From positions 124,001 to 188,000 of the IMG/VR virus record IMGVR_UViG_3300024239_000011: 64,000 nt of DNA; one strand, 5' to 3'. Shown here in pieces: positions 31,999 to 39,693 of the stretch. Position numbers and translations under genes: made by a program. The notes below the pieces were generated by a model. That model was not told where the DNA came from. It saw nothing but the letters and a program-made list of their open reading frames with translations, and made no database searches. How positions within the stretch are numbered: the first letter of the stretch is position 1; each line of letters opens with the position of its first letter.

Positions 31999-32655
31999 TC
32001 ACCAAATCAAATCCTCGACAAAATTCATACCGGATTTCAACCCATTCTTTGGTGGATTGTATCTAACCGTGAATGTGGTTTTTCCCAGGCAACTATCTGG
32101 AAGTCTTATTACTTTGTCTATTAACGGCAAATACACCAAAATAAGATCAATTTCTGCCGCAGAATACGTCAAAACTTTTCCATTTCCATGATCAGACACA
32201 AGGTTGATTACTATACTTCCCTGTGCTTTATCAGATTTTCCGTTTGCGTATTTTACCTGAACTCGCTTTAGTTTCTCGCCATCGTCAAGCACAAAATCAT
32301 AACGAACATCGGTAGTTGGCTTACTCAATACATACCCAAGTTCAGCAGCACGTATTTGGATTTTCAACGCCGCAATTTCACCACGCAAATTAGTGGTAAG
32401 GTTTTCATGCAACGCCTTATGCTCGATCAAACCATATTGTTCGCATCGACGCTGAAAATCATCTGCATTTTTCTTATTCACCGCACGAGCATTTTCTTGC
32501 AAACGAGATTTTAGAATTTCAGCCTGCAATGGATAATCGCGAAGCCAATAACTTGCTGTGCTTTTCGACACATTCAGTTCGGCGGATATTTCTGCCAGTG
32601 ATTTATTCTGTTTACGTAATTCTATTGCTTTTTCTCGTTCCGTTATTTTTGTCAT
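31999..32655 (-). CDS. HTH plus PD-(D/E)XK homing endonuclease
   Basis: RGEIA...RYDFVLD...RVQVK. Confidence 0.85.
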   Translation of the reverse strand: MTKITEREKAIELRKQNKSLAEISAELNVSKSTASYWLRDYPLQAEILKSRLQENARAVNKKNADDFQRRCEQYGLIEHKALHENLTTNLRGEIAALKIQIRAAELGYVLSKPTTDVRYDFVLDDGEKLKRVQVKYANGKSDKAQGSIVINLVSDHGNGKVLTYSAAEIDLILVYLPLIDKVIRLPDSCLGKTTFTVRYNPPKNGLKSGMNFVEDLIW

Positions 32656-32723
32656 TTTCGAACCCTTGACCTATTACTGGTTATATTTAGGTCAAGGGTT
32701 CGAAAATTATATCGGATGTTATT

Positions 32724-32817
32724 TGGCGGAAGACGGAGGTCTTGATCCCCAACCGCAGGGTCACTGCGATCACACTCCTTAGCAGGGAGGTCTAGGCACT
32801 CGCCTAGTTCATCTTCC
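32724..32817 (-). tRNA. 8/4 tRNA-Ser(GCT) with Sec-like 6-bp D stem
   Basis: 8-bp acceptor, 4-bp T stem, G73, long variable arm. Confidence 0.85.
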
Positions 32818-32822
32818 AAAAA

Positions 32823-32908
32823 TGGTTCCGGGAGTAGGAGTCGAACCTACACAGGGCGTTCGCCCCCGCATTCAAAGTGCGGTGTCCTACCAATTAGACG
32901 ATCCCGGA
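32823..32908 (-). tRNA. tRNA-Gln(TTG) with a long variable arm
   Basis: GGGCG-AA-CGCCC variable hairpin; U1-A72, A73. Confidence 0.85.
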
Positions 32909-32913
32909 TCAAT

Positions 32914-33000
32914 TGGCGGAAAGCGGGGTACTCGAAACCCAGACCACGAGGGTCCACATCGCTTAGCAGGCGAGTCCGTGCCCTGCACGGTTCACTTTCC
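32914..33000 (-). tRNA. 8/4 tRNA-Ser(GCT)
   Basis: 8-bp acceptor, 4-bp T stem, 6-bp D stem, G73. Confidence 0.85.
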
Positions 33001-33085
33001 ATGTGAATTGAGTGGTCTGCTGCGCACCGTTCTTCTGTTCGGCGTCTTTGCACATGGGCGCGACCCATGACAGCAGAAATTGTGG

Positions 33086-33710
33086 CTATTTCAGCGCCAA
33101 TCGCAGCCGATCAACACCGATAGCCCAACCAATACCTTCAGCGTAGCGTCCGCCACCAGCAACCTGTTTCTGGGCACCAAGCGAGGAAACCTCCACCTCG
33201 AACCCATCTTCGACGTAGTACGTCAGCCCACGTTTCACCGATTCCACGAAGGTGTATTCGACCGGCAACGCATCGAGGCATCGCCGCAACAACTCCGTGA
33301 CTTCTTCCGTGTCCGCTGGACCAGACCCGCCGAGCAGTTCGACCCCAAACTGAGTGAACTCGCGGTACCTTCCCGCTTGGGGGCGCTCGTAGCGATAGCA
33401 CCGGTTACAATAGAACAGGCGCATCGGCTTTTTAGGCTTGATCTTGCTCCATTGGTCCCGATATAGCTCCTGAACCAAGCCAGTCACTTCCGGGATCAAA
33501 CAGACTGGGCGATTGCCCTTATCGTTGAAAGCCCACATCTGGTTTACGATCTCGGGACCAGCCTTATCGATGAAGGTTTGCTGTTCCCAGATTTCCGGAA
33601 GAATTACTTCCTCGAAACCAGCTTCAGTGAACTACCCTCCGAACAGTATCGATGATCATGCGGTATTGACGAGCGTCATCGCCCATCAGGACTTGTGTGC
33701 CTCGCAACAT
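33086..33710 (-). CDS. Minimal histidyl-tRNA synthetase catalytic core, split by a +1 frameshift near 33630
   Basis: MLRGT...RRVV in frame 0 joins TEAGFEEVILP...YRYERPQAGRYREFTQFGVE...RGLTYY...AGGGRY...GWAIGVDRL in the +1 frame. Confidence 0.85.
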
Positions 33711-33735
33711 TGTCTTGCCTTTCGTTTGCGTAGTT

Positions 33736-33812
33736 TGGGGTGGCTGACGGGGTACGATCCCGCAACCTTCGCAGTCACAGTGCGACGCTCTACCAATTGA
33801 GCTACAGCCACC
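33736..33812 (-). tRNA. tRNA-His(GTG) with encoded G-1:C73
   Basis: Cloverleaf, loop CTGTGAC. Confidence 0.93.
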
Positions 33813-33828
33813 ACAGAAATTAAAGAAT

Positions 33829-33921
33829 TGGCGGAAGGGAAGGGACTCGAACCCCCAAACCCCCTTGCGGAGATCAAACACCTTTCCAAGGTGCGCTGTT
33901 CGCCAGTACAGTAGCCCTTCC
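33829..33921 (-). tRNA. tRNA-Ser(GGA)
   Basis: 7/5 cloverleaf, long variable arm, G73. Confidence 0.92.
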
Positions 33922-33946
33922 ATGGTAACTATTGTTACCATTTAAT

Positions 33947-34023
33947 TGGTCGGTGTGGAGGGACTTGAACCCCCATGATAACCTGTCCCCGAGACAGGTG
34001 GCTTACCATTGGCCCACACACCG
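33947..34023 (-). tRNA. tRNA-Pro(CGG)
   Basis: Cloverleaf, CCA. Confidence 0.9.
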
Positions 34024-34025
34024 GT

Positions 34026-34116
34026 TGGCGGAAATTGATGGCATCGAACCATTGACCCTACTTAGGTGTCACCATCGTTTTCAAGACGATTTAGGGAGCC
34101 AACCCTGGCAATTTCC
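34026..34116 (-). tRNA. 8/4 tRNA-Ser(TGA)
   Basis: GGAAATTG/CAATTTCC acceptor, ATGG/CCAT T stem. Confidence 0.88.
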
Positions 34117-34172
34117 ATTGAAGTTGGTGCGGCGGACAGAGATCGACCCTGCACTACCAAATTCCAACAGTA

Positions 34173-34251
34173 TGGTCGGCGCGGCGAGATTCGAACTCGC
34201 GATCTCGTGTTCCCGAAACACGCGGGGACGACCAGACTCCCCTACGCACCG
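34173..34251 (-). tRNA. tRNA-Pro(CGG)
   Basis: Cloverleaf, CCA. Confidence 0.9.
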
Positions 34252-34344
34252 TTACCTGTTGACAAGGCACCACGAGGTGCCTACACGTTGAAAATCTCGG
34301 CACCAGGGCTTCGGCGCCCTTATTTGGTGGGAAGTCCCATGAAA

Positions 34345-34411
34345 TGGTGCGGTCGAGGGGACTTGCCATGCGTGTCTGAGACGCACCTGTATACCATTCC
34401 AGCACGACCGC
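34345..34411 (-). pseudogene. tRNA-Leu(CAG) with variable arm and part of the T arm deleted
   Basis: Intact acceptor, D and anticodon arms; 67 nt; CCA. Confidence 0.7.
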
Positions 34412-34840
34412 GATTGACTTAATGAATTACTTGGTGTATAGTATTGGTTCAACGGGAGAGCAGCCCATGAACCCGAAAGAACGCGAACAAGCATTGTGCG
34501 CTTTGTACAGCAAGTACAAGGACGAACCGCTGAAGGCGCTCGAAGAGTTCTTCGAAATCAGTTCGCACGATTGGCTGCTCAACTATCGCCACGAAGGCGA
34601 ATGTCTCGATCCCCACATTTACACGTGGGTCGAATTCGAAGCGTTGAACGACCCCCGCATCTATGGCAGCTTCAAGGTGATTTCTAAATCGTCCCTGGTG
34701 GGAAGAAAGTTCGAAATCCGTTGGCATTGGGACGGCGGTCTTCCGAACATGTTGTTGCCCGTGATCCGCTTCACCGATGTCTGGTTCCTGCCACGAGAAA
34801 TGAAGTACGTGCAGCGAGAGGCAGCATAGTTTATAGATGG

Positions 34841-34927
34841 TGGTGCGGCTGACTGGACTCGAACCAGCACGGGAAATTCTTCCCCAGGCTTCTCAGACCT
34901 GTGTGTATACCATTCCACCACAGCCGC
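34841..34927 (-). tRNA. tRNA-Leu(GAG)
   Basis: Cloverleaf with long variable arm. Confidence 0.93.
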
Positions 34928-35104
34928 ATTGTTCTATTCGCGTTCGTCGCGGTAATTCCGATACGCCGCGAAGATGGTGTCCTCACCAAGGTCAGTGATT
35001 TCCGGTGAAACCTTCTCGACATCAAGTGAAGCGACCACGATCACTACCTTCCCTTCCGGGGTAAGGTACGCTTTGTCTTGAACCAACATGTTGAAATCCA
35101 AAAA

Positions 35105-35323
35105 TGGTGGAGGCGAGGGGATTCGAACCCCCGTAGACCGCATAGACCCAAGCATTACCAAGGGCTGGACTTAGGTTTAGAACTTTGGGTGCCCGCTGAC
35201 AGCTTTCGGAAGCCAGAAGGTCGGTCCAAACGAACCCCAAATCCACTTGCGCATGCGTCCCGGTTTTACCCGAGCCGTTGTTCTGTTCCACGGTGCCTAT
35301 GCCGAACTCAGGCGGACGCCCCC
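35105..35323 (-). ncRNA. Short tmRNA-like RNA (219 nt)
   Basis: GGGGGCG/CGCCTCC-ACCA acceptor with G3-U70, T arm, GCATAGGC/GTCTATGC helix, no D stem. Confidence 0.7.
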
Positions 35324-35377
35324 AAATGTTTGACCCATACAAGGATCAGGCAGTTTTGACCCTTGTGGGTCAAAAAT

Positions 35378-35462
35378 TGGTTCCGGGTGATGGACTCGAA
35401 CCACCACAAGGTTTTCACCCACGCATTCAGAGTGCGTTGACCTACCATTAGTCGAACCCGGA
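35378..35462 (-). tRNA. tRNA-Gln(CTG) with a long variable arm
   Basis: GGGT-GAAA-ACCT variable hairpin; U1-A72, A73. Confidence 0.85.
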
Positions 35463-35526
35463 TCAAAGCAAAAGGGCGTGGACCTTATGATCCACGCCCT
35501 CTGCCAAGGGAAACCTGTGTTGTTGA

Positions 35527-35940
35527 TTACCGGCGCCGAGCGCCATACGACCGATGCGGCACCATGTCGTGCTGGTCATAATAATTATTGGGGTTATCGT
35601 AAAACTCATCGCGCTGGGCGCCGTTATCTTGCTGTTGATAGGCGCGAACCCCGTACTCACGCTGCTGTTGCTGCTGCATATACATACAGTCCGCCCGATC
35701 CAGCGACGAACCGACTTCGTTACCGGCGGCGGCACCCAGCAGAGTACCGATGGCAGTCATCGCCAGATTACCGTTGCCCTTACCGAACTGAGCGCCAGCG
35801 ACAGCACCACCAACACCACCCAGAACGGCACCACCGGTCTGCTTGTTAAAACCGAAACCACCGCCGCACGAATTGGCGGGCGATTGAGCGCAGGCGCTCA
35901 GAGCGATGGTGGCGGCGATGGCAAGAAGAATGCGGCGCAT
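35527..35940 (-). CDS. Glycine-zipper lipoprotein (rickettsial 17-kDa antigen-like)
   Basis: LSAC lipobox; KQTGGAVLGGVGGAVAGAQFGKG...SLDRAD. Confidence 0.85.
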   Translation of the reverse strand: MRRILLAIAATIALSACAQSPANSCGGGFGFNKQTGGAVLGGVGGAVAGAQFGKGNGNLAMTAIGTLLGAAAGNEVGSSLDRADCMYMQQQQQREYGVRAYQQQDNGAQRDEFYDNPNNYYDQHDMVPHRSYGARRR

Positions 35941-36023
35941 GGTGACCTCCCTCAAAATCATGAATACAGTATATCTACTGCAATCCAAGATGTCAAGGGA
36001 GGGCCAAGAAGTTTTTCTTGCTA

Positions 36024-36566
36024 CTACTTCACGCCGCACCAGTCGAGCCAGAAATCACCGATGAAATTGCGTTCACCGGGCTGCGTCGAAGGAATATCCA
36101 CTTCGATCCGCTGCCGACAGGACAGTACCTTGCCGGTATTAGGATGGTCGTCGCATCTCCCATACACCTTTGTGATGTAGGCGACCCGACCATCCTTCAG
36201 CGCAAACGCTTCACCAACCTTTGGATTGGCGCCGGGGGCGTCGAAGAGGATCATCGTGGCATCGTCGCTAATACACGCAAGATAAATCGTGCGCGAACGA
36301 AAAACCGCTTCCGAATTCTTGCCTTGCGGTACGAACACCATGTCCTTGCGATCATCGGCGCGATCCATCCCAGTGACGAACCCAGTCACCGTTTTTCCCT
36401 TCACTGAAACCCGTCCGGGATGGGTGAAGAATGTGTCCGGTTCACGAGTAACCCGTACCGTGCGACGAACCCCATCGGGGCAAAGTACATTGGAATACTT
36501 GGTGGTAATGTAGAAGTGACCAACGGTTACGGCTTCCGCTACCACATCATAAGCATTGGGGCGCAT
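36024..36566 (-). CDS. Hypothetical protein
   Basis: GGAGG RBS, 180 aa. Confidence 0.6.
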   Translation of the reverse strand: MRPNAYDVVAEAVTVGHFYITTKYSNVLCPDGVRRTVRVTREPDTFFTHPGRVSVKGKTVTGFVTGMDRADDRKDMVFVPQGKNSEAVFRSRTIYLACISDDATMILFDAPGANPKVGEAFALKDGRVAYITKVYGRCDDHPNTGKVLSCRQRIEVDIPSTQPGERNFIGDFWLDWCGVK

Positions 36567-36624
36567 GAACAGCCTCCGAGCTAGAGAGAAACACCACCCT
36601 AGCGAGTTATCTGCGCCTCGTCAA

Positions 36625-36701
36625 TGGTGGGAACGGTCGGACTCGAACCGACAGCATCTTTCTTTTTGAGAGAAAGTGGTCTACCAATTGCCTACGTTCC
36701 C
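36625..36701 (-). tRNA. Atypical short-arm tRNA-Leu(CAA)
   Basis: 6-bp anticodon stem, no variable arm, CCA. Confidence 0.8.
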
Positions 36702-36845
36702 ATAATTCCGAGCCAATGATCACGGCGGCGGCTCATCTTCCACCAGTTCACGCCTTTCCAGAGTCACCCACACCATTGAACAACTGCCTAGGATAGTTGA
36801 ACATTGGCTTAATGGCAGATTGGAGTTTGCTGAACGATCTCACCT

Positions 36846-36922
36846 TGGTCGGGGATGTGAGAATCGAACTCACTTGATATCCTGCTCCCAAAGCAGGCGG
36901 CTCGCCTTTAGCCCAATCCCCG
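36846..36922 (-). tRNA. tRNA-Pro(TGG)
   Basis: Cloverleaf, CCA. Confidence 0.9.
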
Positions 36923-37318
36923 TTGATTAAAGAATTCTGAGATCACTTGACGGATATTCATGAGGGTCTTGTGCGATCCCAATAATGGATTCCGAGCGAA
37001 CAGTGATCGTTTCTGGGTAGACATTGCAATCAAGCTCTACGTCAAACACAGGGTCACGATCTTTGAACAGACCGAAGAACCGGGTCACCACGACGGAACG
37101 GATACCGACGACCTTGCCGATCCTTCCGCCGTTAAGTTCAACCATAGTTCCGATGCTGATATTTTCTTGCTTCATGCAAGTATTTACGGGGGTTTCCCGA
37201 AGATAATCAGCGGTGTTTGACGCCCCATCCATTCATTTTCACAACCAGCCCCACTCACCCGCTGTTGTGATCTTGCGGCACATTTTCGCAAATGCTCACC
37301 CCGCATCTTGCCGTATAT

Positions 37319-37395
37319 TGGTCCGGGTGGTGAGAATCGAACTCACTTGATGTCCTGTTCCCAAAACAGGCGGCTCGCCTTTAGCCCACACCCGG
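37319..37395 (-). tRNA. tRNA-Pro(TGG)
   Basis: Paralog of the 36846 copy. Confidence 0.9.
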
Positions 37396-37422
37396 TAATA
37401 CTTCGTCGCGTATCCATTGATT

Positions 37423-37505
37423 TGGTGGGCGGGTGCGGTTACGATCCACTCCCCGAAGGATAGGTTTTACAGACCTACTGCTAGAGCCACTAGCTTTACC
37501 CGCCC
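37423..37505 (-). tRNA. 8/4 tRNA-Tyr(GTA)
   Basis: GGGCGGGT/ACCCGCCC acceptor, GTGG/CCGC T stem. Confidence 0.82.
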
Positions 37506-37571
37506 GGTGTCTTGACAAATGTCTAGTATACTAGACATAAAGTCGGTTACTGTTGGCTATAACTAACATTA

Positions 37572-37648
37572 TGGTGGGAACGGCGGGAGTCGAACCCGCA
37601 GCATCACATATGCTGAGTATGTGTGGTCTACCAGTTGCCTACGTTCCC
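37572..37648 (-). tRNA. Atypical short-arm tRNA-Leu(CAG)
   Basis: Same body as the 36625 copy, loop CTCAGCA. Confidence 0.8.
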
Positions 37649-37655
37649 TGAAATT

Positions 37656-37739
37656 TGGTGGACAGGGAGGGAATTTGCACCCCCACAGCTTTCGCGTCGC
37701 GTTTACAGCGCGGTGAACTCACTCGTGTTCAGCCTGTCC
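37656..37739 (-). tRNA. Atypical tRNA-Tyr(GTA) with an 8-nt T loop
   Basis: Loop CTGTAAA; T loop TGCAAATT. Confidence 0.75.
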
Positions 37740-37740
37740 A

Positions 37741-37831
37741 TGGCGGAATGTGATAGCATCGAACTATTGACCCTGCTTAGGTGTCACCACGGCTTTCGAA
37801 ACCGATTAGGGAGCCAACCCTGGCACATTCC
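37741..37831 (-). tRNA. 8/4 tRNA-Ser(CGA)
   Basis: Paralog of the 34026 copy. Confidence 0.88.
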
Positions 37832-37845
37832 AAATATTTTATAAA

Positions 37846-37936
37846 TGGCGGAAAGTGATGGCATCGAACCATTGACCCTACTTAGGTGTCACCACAATTT
37901 AGCAAATTGCTTAGGGAGCCAACCCCGGCACTCTCC
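37846..37936 (-). tRNA. 8/4 tRNA-Ser(GCT)
   Basis: Paralog of the 34026 copy. Confidence 0.88.
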
Positions 37937-37937
37937 A

Positions 37938-38014
37938 TGGTGGGGACAGCGGGACTCGAACCCGCAGCATCACTGGTTCTTAGCCAATGTGGTCTACCAA
38001 TTGCCTATATCCCC
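37938..38014 (-). tRNA. Atypical short-arm tRNA-Leu(AAG)
   Basis: Loop CTAAGAA, A34, no variable arm. Confidence 0.8.
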
Positions 38015-38024
38015 GTCTTAAGTT

Positions 38025-38103
38025 TGGGGTGATGAGCCGGATTCGAACCGCGCACCTTCGCTTTCACAGAGCGATATGCAGACACCGCCACACCATCATC
38101 ACC
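38025..38103 (-). tRNA. tRNA-His(GTG) with G-1:C73 and a bulged T stem
   Basis: Loop CTGTGAA, CCA. Confidence 0.82.
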
Positions 38104-38247
38104 ATAAAACTTTGTTGATGCGCATTTATTCGCGCATCCTATCTAGAAAAATTTCCCCTTTTTCGGCACTGTACCAAGGATTCAAACCTCAGTTACCCCA
38201 ATCGCCAGGACTGGTGATGCTTCAATCTCTCTAAGATGCCAAGGGGA

Positions 38248-38388
38248 TTTGACCAGTTAAGGTGTTGTGATTTGCGTTTTCACGCCTGATCCCAATTCAG
38301 GTGGCTTTACCATTCGCCCATATTCCAATGCTGGAATAGTCGGATTCGAACCGACAATTTGCTGTAATCACAACGAGTTCTGGTCAAA
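38248..38388 (-). ncRNA. YrlA-like Y RNA, second copy
   Basis: Near-identical frame to the 30591 copy; acceptor stem closed by a GCAT loop. Confidence 0.7.
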
Positions 38389-38391
38389 ACT

Positions 38392-38482
38392 TGGTAGGCA
38401 GGGAGGGATTCGAACCCCCTTGTTTACCCTAAGGGGCTGGATTTACAGTCCAGTGCTACACCACCGTCGTAGCCGCCTGCCC
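38392..38482 (-). tRNA. tRNA-Tyr(GTA)
   Basis: CTGGA-CTGTAAA-TCCAG arm, variable arm, CCA. Confidence 0.9.
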
Positions 38483-38712
38483 ATATTCAGTCGTCAATGC
38501 ATGTCTGGACGATCTCCCAATCATAGGAGTTCAGGTCCGATTTTGACTGAAGTTTCTGTTTGTAGTAGGACACCATTCCGCTCGGACACCCAAGCGTCTT
38601 CACGATGTCGTTGCTCGGCACGCCTTTCTTAATCAGGCGCACGATTTCCTCTTGAAAGGTCATAACTGCATCCTTGCTGCATTGCAACAATATTTAGGAT
38701 GCGAAGAAAATT

Positions 38713-38786
38713 TGGCTGGGGAAGTAGGACTCGAACCCACATGAACGCAGTCAGAGTGCGTCATCCTGCCATTAGATGATTCCCCA
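38713..38786 (-). tRNA. tRNA-Gln(CTG)
   Basis: Canonical cloverleaf, U1-A72, G73. Confidence 0.93.
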
Positions 38787-38825
38787 AAACTAAATAAACA
38801 ATCACTAAAAGCGAGGGAGAGATTT

Positions 38826-38918
38826 ATGGCGACTGCTATCATCATCAGCAAGTACATCTGGATAGCCAGCGCAATTGCGTTTGGTACTTTCATCGCGTAT
38901 CGCAGGTTTCGCCGCTAA
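38826..38918 (+). CDS. 30-aa single-TM peptide with a basic tail (not in the ORF track)
   Basis: TAAATA at 38791, GGGAG RBS, MATAIIISKYIWIASAIAFGTFIAYRRFRR. Confidence 0.6.
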   Translation: MATAIIISKYIWIASAIAFGTFIAYRRFRR

Positions 38919-39424
38919 CGCATGATTGCATTTTACGGGACAACCTGATATAGTCTCGGTTCAAAATGCCGGGTTGCGGTCCTGAAATCTCACCTCCTGA
39001 ACCGCAACCCGCCGTACCGTTGAGGGGAAGCATGGCAGTGCTTTCCCCGGCGGGCGTTATTGATGCGCCACTACCCGCTAGGCGGTGCAACAATCTTTCG
39101 ATCATCACACATTCTCTAGAACGCCGGAAACCAGGGGGTGGGCTACCACCATCGCTGTGAGTTACGTGCCCTTACACGCTCTCACTCCCTACCAGTCGTC
39201 CCAGCCGTACCTCTCGGATTGGCTGAAATTCGGTTTGAAGCAACAACCGCCGCTTCGATGCCCTAATGACTACACCGCATTTTTCGGTTCGTCAATTCTT
39301 TTTTGCGTTCGTTTGTATTTTTATTTTCGAACGCTGGGTAAATACTTTTCAATAATTACCCAATACTTCCCCGTTGTGAAGCATTACTTCTCGCTTCACT
39401 TACGGGTTTGAACCCCAGATAAAC

Positions 39425-39646
39425 AAAAACCCCGCAGACCTTTATCCGGGTCGCGGGGTTTTGGTGGGGGTTCTTTTGAACCCTATGTGTGCTTTGTCAG
39501 CACGCACCAACCTCCCGCTTGCCCGGATAGGGCAACGGCTGCGAAGAGAGTTGGCTGGACTGTAACGCAAACGCACGCACGCCATTCCCCTCGCACCCGG
39601 CGAGTGAAAGATGGCTATGCAGTAGGTTCACATTCACGACGATCAT
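39425..39646 (-). promoter_or_regulatory. Ribosome-dependent transcription attenuator: 49-aa leader (39497-39646) plus terminator (39425-39462)
   Basis: RBS-led leader ORF; alternative 1:2, 2:3 and 3:4 pairings; U-tract; upstream of the tRNA array. Confidence 0.7.
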
Positions 39647-39693
39647 CGTCTTCAGTCCCTTTGCGTCGTCGGCAAAATTGCCTTCAACAAATC

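Noticed and set aside
31999-32655. Endonuclease as part of a group I intron
   Set aside because: The flanking tRNAs are complete and the gene has its own late promoter, so it is free-standing
34255-34320. Possible HDV-like (theta) ribozyme between tRNAs
   Set aside because: Hairpins are present, but I could not build the nested double pseudoknot by eye
32782-35342. ORF-track proteins overlapping tRNA genes (GFEP/GLEP-type peptides)
   Set aside because: These are translations of T-arm sequence, not genes
29789-38786. Repeated sequences as a CRISPR array
   Set aside because: The repeats are paralogous tRNA and Y-RNA bodies; there is no regular repeat-spacer period and no cas gene
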